From NCBI RefSeq assembly GCF_000142905.1, contig NW_013657666.1:444631-508630 (forward strand): a DNA stretch of 64,000 nt, read 5' to 3'. The stretch is from Thecamonas trahens ATCC 50062. Lineage: Eukaryota > Protista > Apusomonadida. The notes under the pieces were generated by a model that saw only the letters and a program-made list of their open reading frames with translations, searched no databases and was not told the origin of the DNA. Positions 30,181 to 39,559 of the stretch are shown piece after piece (the stretch's first letter is position 1; each line of letters begins with the position of its first letter). The position numbers were made by a program, and so were the translations under genes.

Positions 30181-33100
30181 ATGCCCATGCAGAATACATG
30201 GCGCGAACGTGAGCGTGAGCGTGAGCGTGAGCGTGAGCACCCTGGAAGCGGTGGACCAAGCGGAGGTGGTGGTGGTGGTGGTGGTGGTGGTGGTTGGCGA
30301 GGAGGTGGAGGAGGGGGAGGAGCTGGCGGACGGGTCGGTCCCCTCGGAGGGAGTGGGCGCCGTGGAGGGAGGGAGTGGGAAAGCAGCGAATGGGAGAGAG
30401 GTCGGGAGGCAAGGGAATGGGCTGGTGGGGAGCTTGCTGGCAGTGGTGGTGGCGGTGGTGGTGGCGGTGGCGGGAGTGCTGGTGCTGGCTTGCGTAGCAG
30501 CCACGGTAGCAGCCATGGTGGCCATGGCGGGTATGGCCTTGGACGTGGAGGTTCTCGGACAAGCCATGGTGGGCATGGTCATGAGATTGAGTACGGTCGC
30601 AGTCATGGTCATGGCCACAGCCACAGCCACAGCCACAGCCACAGTCGTCGCGGTCATGGTCATCATCGTCATGGCAGGGATGCTCATCACAACTCGTCAT
30701 CGTCGTCGCGGAGCTATCCTCCTCCGCCCGGAATGGGTCCGGCTGGAGGCCCGCCGGGTGGTGATGGTGGTGGCAACTCTGGTCCCGGACAGGGACAGGT
30801 TAGCGGAGGCGCATTCTCAGGGCCGCTTGCGGGCCGCTTGTCACACGGTGGCTACCGCCCGCCGCCGCCGCCGCGGTCAGCCGGTGGCTATCCACGGAGC
30901 AGTGGAGGGAACCGGTCGAGCAACCACGGGCATGGGCCACCTGGCCACGGCCACAGCCACGGGCCGGGACACTCGCACTCGCATCGCCACTCGCTCGGCC
31001 ATGGGTCAGAGCGCGACATGGACGTCGTCCACGGTGGAAGTAGCCAGTCTGCCCAGCATCCGTCAGCCTCGTACTACGGGCAGGGCTCGCGCTCGCATCA
31101 CCGTCCTGGCGGCTACGACCGCGGCGACAGGATCGACGAGCGCGGCGGCGACCGCAACCGGGCTGGGGATCGCGACCGCGATCGGGCCGGCGATCGTAGC
31201 GATCGTGACCGGGCTGGCTACGACCGCGGCTCGCGGCACCACAACTCGCACCACCACTCACATCACCACACTCCATCATCGCACCATCGCACCGGTGGTC
31301 CGTCAGGCTCGTCGTTGGCGCCACCGGCACCGACAGCACCACCACCGTCGCTCGTCCCGGGCGACCGCGGAGATCGCCCCGGACCCGTCCGCAGCTACCC
31401 ACCACCGCCGCCGCCACCGGCTGGGCCACGCCCAGCCCAGGCGAGCTACCCGCGAACATGGGAACGGCCCGGTGACCGCGGGCGCGAAGGCCACGACCGC
31501 GACCGTGGACGCGACCGGGCAAGCGGAGAATGGAACCGAGACCGGGACCGCGATCGGGACCGCGACCGTGACCGTGACCGCGAACGTGACCCGCGGCCCC
31601 TGGCTGCGCCCAGCGGCGCATATCCTCCACCGCCGATGGCAGAGCGCCCGCCGCAGGCAGAACGCCCGCCGCAGGCAGAGCGCCTGCCGCAGGCAGAGCG
31701 CCTGCCGCAGGCAGCACCGTCGCCAAGTGTCTCGGCCACTCTCCCGCCGTCGTCGCTCGGCACACCGCCGGCGGCGCCAGTCAGCTCCCCGTCACTCAAG
31801 CGTGCTGCGACCGAAGAGGCGGCCACGAGCGAGACGTCGTCGCCGGGTGTCGGTCCCCCGGCAGCCAAGCGGGCACGCCCGCTGCCGGAGCCGCAGCCAG
31901 TGGACCAACCAGAGCTTCCGACCAAGACCCAGCTCACCATTGCCATCGAGAAGCTGGATCTCGAGGTGGCCAAGGTCGAGTTCGAGCTGACCAAGCTGGC
32001 GACCAAGGCCAAGCGCGAACACAAGCTTGTGGCCGCCGCAGCAGCCAAGCTCGAGGAGCAGGCAGCGGAAGTGGCCGCAGCAAAGGTGGCCGCCGCAGCG
32101 GCAGCAGCAGCAGCGGCAGCTGGTGGCTCCAAGAACGAGGCTGCTGCTGCAGAGGCGGCAGCTGTCATGGATGAGGTCGCAGACGCTAGGACTTCCGGGC
32201 GAGTGCCGATGCTGCCGCGACTGGAGCAGCTTCCGGACGACGGCCCGCTCGGCTCACTCGGGGTGGTGAAGGACGTGCTGAGCTCGAACCGTGCGGCAGC
32301 GACCTCGGCACACAACGAAGTCACGTCGGTGCTTCCGCCGGCGGTTCGGACCGCGCTCTCTCTTGACGAGCCACAGCTGGGCATGACAGTCAACTGCCGG
32401 CCGCTGTATACGTCGCCGGCTGAGCTAGCCTGCGTCGACGACTCGGCAACCCGGCACGTGGTCATGGGCCCGCGGGTCAAGGCCAAGCTTGCCAAGGCAC
32501 TCGCAGCGCGACACGCCAAGCGCCTGGAGGCGGCCGAGCAGTACAGCGAGCTCGAGAAGCAGTATGCGCGAAAGACAGCGCTCCTCGCACGGATGTCGGG
32601 CAACTCGAGCCGGCGACGGACAACGTCCAAGACGCTGTTCACCACCCCACTGGGCCTCGCAGCCAACCCCGGGACCCCGATTTCCGGACGTGACTCGGCA
32701 AGATCGGACGCAGAGTTTGCGGCGATCCTTGCGCGGCTCGAGGCCGAGGCGCTGGTCTCAACCAACGCCGACGGCAGGCCGGTCTCGGTCCACGCCGAGC
32801 TGCCAGACATGATCCGGTTCCGGACGGACCGGCGGTCGTGCCTGGAGACGCCGATCTTCATCGACAACAACGGGCGAATGCACGACGTGGCCCGGACCGA
32901 CGCGTTTGTGGCGGCGGCCAACCCGTGGACTCGCCAGGAGATGTTCATTTACGTCCAAAAGTTTCTCATGTACCCGAAGCAGTTTGACAAGATCGCTGCG
33001 TTCCTGCCTGCCAAATCGCGCGGCGACTGCGTCGCCTTTTACTTCCAGCACGGCCATGTCGTCCAGCTCAAGCGCTTGCTCGACAAGTCGCAGCGTTCGC

Positions 33101-33234
33101 TCCCGCAGCTCTTTGCTTCCAAAGACCTCGCCGCCCAGATGAGCTTGCTCGAAGAGTCGAGTAAGCTCATCGAAGACGGCGGCCGCCGCGGAACCGGCTC
33201 ATACTCGTTCGCCTCGGCGCCCGCGCCCCCATAA
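30181..33234 (+). CDS. NCoR/SMRT/Snt1-like corepressor: long low-complexity N-terminus, GPS2-interacting-like coiled coil and a single SANT (DAD) domain
   Basis: TKTQLTIAIEKLDLEVAKVEFELTKL (cf. NCoR SKEELIQSMDRVDREIAKVE) and NPWTRQEMFIYVQKFLMYPKQFDKIAAFLPAKSRGDCVAFYF (SANT1). Confidence 0.75.
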   Translation: MPMQNTWREREREREREREHPGSGGPSGGGGGGGGGGGWRGGGGGGGAGGRVGPLGGSGRRGGREWESSEWERGREAREWAGGELAGSGGGGGGGGGGSAGAGLRSSHGSSHGGHGGYGLGRGGSRTSHGGHGHEIEYGRSHGHGHSHSHSHSHSRRGHGHHRHGRDAHHNSSSSSRSYPPPPGMGPAGGPPGGDGGGNSGPGQGQVSGGAFSGPLAGRLSHGGYRPPPPPRSAGGYPRSSGGNRSSNHGHGPPGHGHSHGPGHSHSHRHSLGHGSERDMDVVHGGSSQSAQHPSASYYGQGSRSHHRPGGYDRGDRIDERGGDRNRAGDRDRDRAGDRSDRDRAGYDRGSRHHNSHHHSHHHTPSSHHRTGGPSGSSLAPPAPTAPPPSLVPGDRGDRPGPVRSYPPPPPPPAGPRPAQASYPRTWERPGDRGREGHDRDRGRDRASGEWNRDRDRDRDRDRDRDRERDPRPLAAPSGAYPPPPMAERPPQAERPPQAERLPQAERLPQAAPSPSVSATLPPSSLGTPPAAPVSSPSLKRAATEEAATSETSSPGVGPPAAKRARPLPEPQPVDQPELPTKTQLTIAIEKLDLEVAKVEFELTKLATKAKREHKLVAAAAAKLEEQAAEVAAAKVAAAAAAAAAAAGGSKNEAAAAEAAAVMDEVADARTSGRVPMLPRLEQLPDDGPLGSLGVVKDVLSSNRAAATSAHNEVTSVLPPAVRTALSLDEPQLGMTVNCRPLYTSPAELACVDDSATRHVVMGPRVKAKLAKALAARHAKRLEAAEQYSELEKQYARKTALLARMSGNSSRRRTTSKTLFTTPLGLAANPGTPISGRDSARSDAEFAAILARLEAEALVSTNADGRPVSVHAELPDMIRFRTDRRSCLETPIFIDNNGRMHDVARTDAFVAAANPWTRQEMFIYVQKFLMYPKQFDKIAAFLPAKSRGDCVAFYFQHGHVVQLKRLLDKSQRSLPQLFASKDLAAQMSLLEESSKLIEDGGRRGTGSYSFASAPAPP

Positions 33235-33446
33235 ATGTGTGTTGCGAGGCGCAGCCGCCGCCGTGCCGTGGTTGAGGAGGAGGAGGTCCGTCATTTATCG
33301 ATTGAGGGGCAGAGTTAACAAGGAAGGTAGCGCGCCGGTCAGATGGCGCGCGCCAGGGGGGGGTCGTTGGAGGCGCGCCGGGAGCCGAGGCAGGATGACA
33401 AGATAGCCCGAGTTCCGCAGCACGGAGAGGCAGTGATCAGCCGTCA

Positions 33447-34103
33447 TCACGCAGTGCCCTCGGCAAACTTCTTGACATTGACCGCCCGGTACTCGGTCTG
33501 GTTGTCCCACAGCGCAGCGGCGTAGCCATTGAGCGGCGAGTCGTTGTTCGGCTCGCCAAGGAGCGAGCGGATAGAGATGAGGATGGTCGAAACATTGTAG
33601 ATCGCCGACCACTTGTCCTTGAGAATGTCGAGGCAAATGTTGCCGTACTGATCAACGTTCGGGTGGAAGCACGGCGTGACAAACTTGACCGTTGGCGCCG
33701 AGTACGGATACGAGGTCGGGAAGGTGAGCGAGAGCTTATACTCGAGGCCCTCGTACACCGTCCCATCGGCGCCCTTGACCGTCCCCACCCAGTGGAACAG
33801 ATTGTCCCCATCCGGGAAGGCCGACACACCCTCGTCGCCCGACATCATCAGCGACATGAGCTCCGATTGCAGGCTGAACCCCCTCCATCCATACTTGTGT
33901 GAGTTTGTCCGTTGGTAAAACTTTCAAAATTTTCGTCTCCCCGACTTGCCGCCGCAACGGCCACCACAAAGAAGCGAAAGCTCGCCAGCGCTGGGATATC
34001 GCACACTGGGTACATTCAAGCTCACGTACCGCTTGGCGACCTTGGGGCCTGAGCTCTCGCCGGTGGCGGGCTTGGAAGGTGAAGAGACGGCAACAGCAGC
34101 CAT
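33447..34103 (-). CDS. UBE2C: Ubiquitin-conjugating enzyme E2 C; intron 33874-34029
   Basis: [12 protein letters not shown]|[53 protein letters not shown]. The GTACGT donor and ttcag acceptor are in frame. Confidence 0.93.
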
Positions 34104-34661
34104 GATTGTGTGTGCGAAAGTAGATGTGAGCGACAAGTGTGTCGAGCACCCCGAGCCGAAGCTGTTGACACGGCGAACCGTTGTCTGGCTCTTTCAAACT
34201 ACCGCATCATCATCATCCACATCATCTGAACAGATCGGACGAGGACCCTTGATATGGATACTGACCATAATTCGTTAGGAAAAGTCCTGTGTGCCCACGG
34301 TGAGTAGTGGAGGGGTGCAGAACTCAGCTTGATTCATTGGTTGTGCAGCGGAGATACAAAGATCGTTGATTTGCTGCACGATATGGTTACCCACTCACTG
34401 TCTTTTGAGCCCATCCGTAGCTCGCATGCCACACTCCGCAGCCGAGTCAACCGAGCACAGTGCGACAGGCGTGTTGTTGTCACAGATCATGGATGTCGAT
34501 GATGTACACTGACAATCGGTGTGGTCCACGACTCGCTGCGACGAGAACTCAATGCGACATCGATGAATTCATCGTTCCACTGATCGACGCGCCAAAGTGA
34601 GCCGCCGACGAGCGACCAATCGCGGGAGGGCGTGGTGAAGGGCACCCGACTCAAAGGCGCC

Positions 34662-36389
34662 ATGGGCGGGTGCCTACAGCGAGTGAGTAGCGGGGCAGAC
34701 CTGAACGAGAAGACACAATCAACTACATACATACCTACTTTGCAGTCTTCAGAAACGCTCCATGTCTCCGCTGTCCCCATCCCCATCATCGCCGAATCGA
34801 GCAGACCATGTGGGCAGGCGAGCTCAACTGACATTTCCCCGTCTTTCCAAGCCCGCAATATACCGCCGTTCGAGGCGCAAGGACTCGACAACAGTACGAC
34901 AAGAGCGATCGGGCAAAGTCCAAGACATCCTGAAATTTCTGCGTGCAAGTCAGCCCGTCCGCGTCCGTTTGCAGCCGCACCGTACCAAGCTGTCGATGGT
35001 GCCCGTGACGTGGACGCTGCCGGCACTGCTGCCGGTGCTGATGCCGGCGCTGATGCTGGTGGGATTCAGGAATACAAAGGCCGGCTTGATGGCGTTGTGG
35101 ACAAGGCCGAGGATGGTTGCGATTGTGGGTTGTTGGGCGCGGATGAGGCGAGTGGCGGATCTGTGCTGTCATCGTCGGCGTCGGCGTCGTCGTCGGACGA
35201 GTCAGAGGAGATGGTTTCAGGGAGCGATGTGGAGGTGTACTTTGATCCGGGACTGCTCCCAGACGAGATGGTATCGACACCTGGCTTTCGACGTGATGAC
35301 GTGTTGTCCACTGAAGTCTCGTCATCGTCGATTCTCTCGCCGTCACCGCAGCCGCTGTCGTCGTCGCCAGCCGAGGTCGAGGCCGAGGCCGAGGCATCTT
35401 CGGACATCGAGGACTCGGATAGTGGGGCGGAGCCAAGATTTGCTGCTGTTCGCCTCGCCTCGGTCTTTAACAGCGTAGCTGCCAAAGAACAAGAGGTGGC
35501 TGCTGCACTGGCTGCTGCTGAGGCCGCTGAGGCCAAGCGGCGTGCGGCAGCGGCTGCAGCAGCAGCAGCGGCGGCCGAGGCAGCTTTGGCGGCTGAGCGA
35601 GTCAAGCGCGAGGCCGAGGCAGCAGCGGCAGCAGCAGCGGCAGCGGATCGGCTCCGCGAGGCTGCGGCGCAGCACGCGCAGCGCGAGGCCGAGCGCGAGC
35701 GGCGGGCGGTAGAGCGTGCACGGGCAAGTGTGGCGCAGCGCGAGGTTGATGCCGCACAGGCGAAGCGTGCAAAGCATGCGGCGCGGCGGAGTGTGCCAGT
35801 CGACACCAAGGCGCACCGCCGGGCGGCGGCGGCGCGGATGTCGGGCGCGCGGCATCAGTGGCGACAGAGGAGCCGGCAATCAGGCAGAAGAGGAGCGGCG
35901 GCGGCGGCAGCAGCAGCGGCGGCAGCCGCAGCGGCGCGACAGCGCAGGGCACGGCACCAGGCAGGCGGGCCTCGGGCAGAGGAGGTTGGCGCAAACGAGC
36001 CTGATGACGGATGTCGAGCGGCCGGGACAATGGCGATCTCGCGGATGATGCGAGTCCGGGTGGAGCAGCACCACGAGTCGTGGAAGGCGTTTGTTGGGTC
36101 TGTCCGTGGCGCGGCGGCGAGCGCTCGGTCGGGATGGGTCCGGATGGGCGACATCCCGTGGCCGCCGCTGGTCGGACCACCAGGGACTGGGCTGGAGGCA
36201 TCGATGGTGGTCATGCTGCGTGTGGACGGGTCCGGAGCGTACAAGGAGCTCTCGCGGCGGTGGCATCCGGATAAGTTTGCGCAGGTGATCGGGCGGACGC
36301 TGGCCGACGAGACGCGCGACGCTGTGCTCGACCGCGTCAAGGGCGTGTTCCAGGCACTGGGCCGGGCGCGCGAGGCGGTCGAGAGCTAG
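34662..36389 (+). CDS. Low-complexity protein with a C-terminal NFKBIL1-like (J-domain-like HPD) domain; start uncertain
   Basis: DIPWPP...YKELSRRWHPDKFAQ..DAVLDRVKGVFQAL, preceded by an Ala-rich coiled coil. MGGC is a possible myristoylation start. Confidence 0.6.
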   Translation: MGGCLQRVSSGADLNEKTQSTTYIPTLQSSETLHVSAVPIPIIAESSRPCGQASSTDISPSFQARNIPPFEAQGLDNSTTRAIGQSPRHPEISACKSARPRPFAAAPYQAVDGARDVDAAGTAAGADAGADAGGIQEYKGRLDGVVDKAEDGCDCGLLGADEASGGSVLSSSASASSSDESEEMVSGSDVEVYFDPGLLPDEMVSTPGFRRDDVLSTEVSSSSILSPSPQPLSSSPAEVEAEAEASSDIEDSDSGAEPRFAAVRLASVFNSVAAKEQEVAAALAAAEAAEAKRRAAAAAAAAAAAEAALAAERVKREAEAAAAAAAAADRLREAAAQHAQREAERERRAVERARASVAQREVDAAQAKRAKHAARRSVPVDTKAHRRAAAARMSGARHQWRQRSRQSGRRGAAAAAAAAAAAAAARQRRARHQAGGPRAEEVGANEPDDGCRAAGTMAISRMMRVRVEQHHESWKAFVGSVRGAAASARSGWVRMGDIPWPPLVGPPGTGLEASMVVMLRVDGSGAYKELSRRWHPDKFAQVIGRTLADETRDAVLDRVKGVFQALGRAREAVES

Positions 36390-36448
36390 AGGAGGTTGAT
36401 TGTGTGGTGGTAAAGGAGTTGAGGAGGTGTTTCATCAGGTGCAAGATT

Positions 36449-38230
36449 CTACAAGAACTCGCGCATGGCTTCGACGTAGCGGGCGGCATCGTCGCAAAAC
36501 GGACGGTGCAGCGGGGTCCAACCCAGCTTCAAGCGGGTGAACGAGGCGTCGGCCTTCTGGTCCATGACCAGGCAGCGACCGAAAAGGTCGATGTTATGGG
36601 GCTTGCCCGTGTACGCGACGTTGTCCATCGAATCGAGCTCGCAGGCGGTGGCGAGCTCGTGCATGAGCTCGGCGACCATGACGTTCGAGGCCGAGACAAC
36701 AAACACGTTAGGGCCGAGGAGGTTTGACTCGCAGGCGGCCAGACAGGCGCGCGCAATGTCATCGACATGGACCATCGGCATGTGATTGGCGCCGTCACCG
36801 GGGAACCGGATCGAGCCGTGGGTTGCAGCCTGCCCGGCGTAAACTGAGAGCAGCGAACCCTGGCGGCCGTAGGCCACGCCGCAGCGGAGTACAAAGCCCG
36901 AAGCGACGCATTCGTTGCGGAGGACAGACTCCTCATGGCTCGACCGCCAGCGGATGAGCTTGGGCGGGTTGTCGGCCGTCGCCTCGTCAATGACCCGGCG
37001 CTGCTCGCCGTACATCCTGTTGTCACCGCATTCAGGGATAGAGAGAGTGAGTCTAACTAGAGTCAACCACCCGTTCACGGCCGGACGGCCAAGGCAAAGC
37101 GCGGCATGAGGGCGCGTCAGAGTAACTATGTGTCGGGCGGTGTGCCCGACGGCATCAAAGGTTGGAGGCGTCCCAAAGGGGCCTCAGAACGAGGCACACC
37201 GACTACAATTGCTTGCAGCCAGGACATTCCTTCAGCAAAGATATGATATCATCATCCGCAGCACCGCGCCAGGACCAGCAGTTGCTCCGGCAGAGAGGAC
37301 TCTTGGGAGGGGAAGGCGGCAAGGGAAGGAGGGGGGGGGGCACAGCAGAGTCAGCAGAGTGATAACATACCAGATGGACGAGAGCATGATGACAGTCTTC
37401 CCAGGCTCTGCCCTGCACGCCGCATTGATGGCATCAACCACGATAGCATCGGTCTTCTGCGGGGCGGTGGCATCAAGTGCGCAGTGCACAATGACGCCAA
37501 CGTCCTCCAGCGCCTCTGCGTAGCTCTCAGCCTTGGCGAGGTCGCACATCACCGGAGTGATTTCCTACAATTGCACATCGATCGAAAAAATCCCAACAGA
37601 AGGCGCGCAAACAAAATACCACACAGCGAGAGCAAGCGAGCGAGTGAGTCATACAAAAATGACAAACAAAGCCACGAGGGCGGCAAGGAAGGAAGTGACC
37701 GAGCTGCGGGCGCTTTGCGCGAGCTCGTCGCCTGCCTTTCCAAAAAAATATATCCTTTTGTTTGAGAATGACTTCATAACAGATCTTGGTGTAGATAAAG
37801 GTATCATCATTAAAATGCAGAGTGGTGCATGATGTTGAATCATCAGCATTCACAAACAGGATGGGAGGAGGAGCTACAGAGAGTCCAAGCTTGGGCGTGT
37901 GCGGAGAAGGGAGCGCATGCTTGCAGGGTTGGGGCGGTGGGGAGGAGGAGGAGGAGGAGGAGAAAAAATCTTCAAAGGCGAAATCAATCAAATTGCGATG
38001 AAGCGACCGACAGAGGCGCGGGGGGGGGGGGGGGTGGGGAAGGAGGAGGGGGGGGGGGGGAAGGAGGGAGAGGGAGTGTGGAGGGGTGGAAGAGGGCGTA
38101 CATTACGGCGGAGGGCAGCAGCCTTTCCTTCTGTGCGGCAGGTACCGAATACTTGGTAGCCGGCAACTACAAAGGCACGGGCAACGGCTGAGCCGACAAA
38201 GCCCGTCGCTCCGAGCACCAAGACCCGCAT
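36449..38230 (-). CDS. Extended SDR / NAD-dependent epimerase-dehydratase; exons 38230-38102, 37564-37371, 37016-36449
   Basis: The spliced product reads MRVLVLGATGFVGSAVARAF..RRN|EITPVMCDL..LSSIW|MYGE..LRCGVAYG..MVHVDDIARA. Donors GTACGC and GTATGT and acceptors tag and cag keep the frame. Confidence 0.88.
37113..37259 (-). ncRNA. Intronic box C/D snoRNA, U46/snR63-like
   Basis: Box C ATGATGA at 37255-37249 and box D CTGA at 37120-37117. The guide CATAGTTACT just before box D is complementary to conserved LSU rRNA AGUAACUAUG. There is an internal hairpin gtcgggc-acacc-gcccgac and flanking gcgcgg/ccgcgc complementarity. Confidence 0.75.
37759..37858 (-). ncRNA. Intronic dual-guide box C/D snoRNA (U32/snR40-like SSU guide plus an LSU guide)
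   Basis: Terminal stem TGTTTGTGAATG/CATTCTCAAACA (11 of 12 pairs) and box C CTGATGA at 37846-37840. Guide CATGCACCAC (anti SSU GUGGUGCAUG) precedes D'-like CTGC. C' ATGATGA lies at 37810-37804. Guide CACCAAGATCTG (anti LSU CAGAUCUUGGUG) precedes D-like ATGA at 37777-37774. Confidence 0.75.
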
Positions 38231-38294
38231 CGGAGACGACTGTGACGACCAAAAAGTGAAACAAACGAGACCGAGAACAATTGGCGTTGGTGAG

Positions 38295-38422
38295 CGGGTG
38301 AACGAACGAGTGAACGAACGGGTGTGAACGAACGGGTGTGAACGAACGGGTGTGAACGAACGGGTGTGAGAACGAACGGGTGAGAACGAACGGGGGTGAA
38401 AACGAACGGGTGCGGGCGAACG
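38295..38422 (+). repeat. 14-bp tandem repeat (GTGAACGAACGGGT)n, about 8 copies, in a divergent promoter region
   Basis: gtgaacgaacgggt repeats with minor variants between the SDR and DUF4326 starts. Confidence 0.9.
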
Positions 38423-38649
38423 ATTGATGGAGATGAGCTCGGTGAGGGTGGGGATGGATGGGTTGATGAGTGGAGATGAGCTGGGTGATGGGTGGGTTGA
38501 TGGGTGGAGACGAGGTGGGTGATATGGGTGGGTTGATGGGTGGGCGGATGGGTGGGTTGATGGGTGACTTTGGGCGGCTTTGTGCGACTCGGCGATGTGC
38601 AAGTCAGTTCCCTGTTCGCGACCGCGACTCATCGCCTGACTCCATCGCA

Positions 38650-39144
38650 ATGGCGGACTTGGTTGGTGCAAGCTCGCCGAGCAAGCGCAAGCGCGACTGC
38701 GGTGAGGAGGGATCAAGTGCGAGCCGAGAGTCTAAGGTGGCTAGGCTGCTTGCCGGTACAACTGGCGAGCACGTCAAGACAAACTCGATCTCAGCTCGGC
38801 CCAAGGCTACGGCGACTCGGGTGGTCCGGATCCGCCGAAAGGGTGGCAAAGTAGTGGTCGACTGCGATGTGTACATCGGAAGGAACATGTTTATGGGCGG
38901 ATGGCGGCTGAAGAGAAGCAAGTGGGCCAATCCGTTCTCGGTCAAGTCGGCTGGTTCGCACGCGGCTGCTTGCGCCGCCTACGAGCGGTACGTCCGCGCC
39001 CAGCCAGATCTCATGGCTGCGCTCTCCGAGCTCAATGGCAAGACTCTTGGCTGTTGGTGCAAGCCCAAGCCGTGCCATGGCGATGTACTGGTCAAGCTTG
39101 TGGCCGAGGCCGGTCGTTTGGTGCCTGAACAATGCGAAGAATGA
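38650..39144 (+). CDS. DUF4326 domain protein
   Basis: CDVYIGR..SKWANPF..YERYV..ELNGKTLGCWCKPKPCHGDVL is the DUF4326 signature. Confidence 0.85.
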   Translation: MADLVGASSPSKRKRDCGEEGSSASRESKVARLLAGTTGEHVKTNSISARPKATATRVVRIRRKGGKVVVDCDVYIGRNMFMGGWRLKRSKWANPFSVKSAGSHAAACAAYERYVRAQPDLMAALSELNGKTLGCWCKPKPCHGDVLVKLVAEAGRLVPEQCEE

Positions 39145-39559
39145 TGGATGCGTGCCCGTTCGCCCTCTCGCACCTCTCCCTTACTCCTTCCTCGCACTCT
39201 TGCCAGCTCATCAAATCCATTGTCCTTGTTCCTGGTTGTCCTTGTCGCCAACCGAGCTGAGACGCGCGGAACACAAGTGTGACGTTTTGCCTCTTTCGCC
39301 CCCCCCCTCCCCCCCCTCCCAGTCCCGCCTCTTACTCCCCATCCCAGGCACGCCCATGACTTTCAACATGACCACTACCTTGCCTCCCCCCCCCTGTCCT
39401 TTTTCACAGCCTGTTCAAGACGTATCAGCAAACGGCGCGGCTGTCACAGCATTCTCCCTCACCTGCACGGATGTCACACTTTCCCGCAAGAAAACTACCG
39501 GCTCAATCTGGCTCTTGCCAGCCAGAGTTCCAAGGGCATACCCATCTCTCCCCATCATC

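Noticed and set aside
29846-32948. Long alternative-frame and antisense ORFs (714 aa, 500 aa, and similar ones throughout the window)
   Set aside because: These are shadow ORFs expected from high GC content and codon bias, with no motifs of their own.
516-33234. Functional cluster of chromatin genes (PHD-WH protein, AT-hook USP, MED6, NCoR-like)
   Set aside because: They are interspersed with unrelated genes on both strands, which is compatible with chance in a gene-dense genome.
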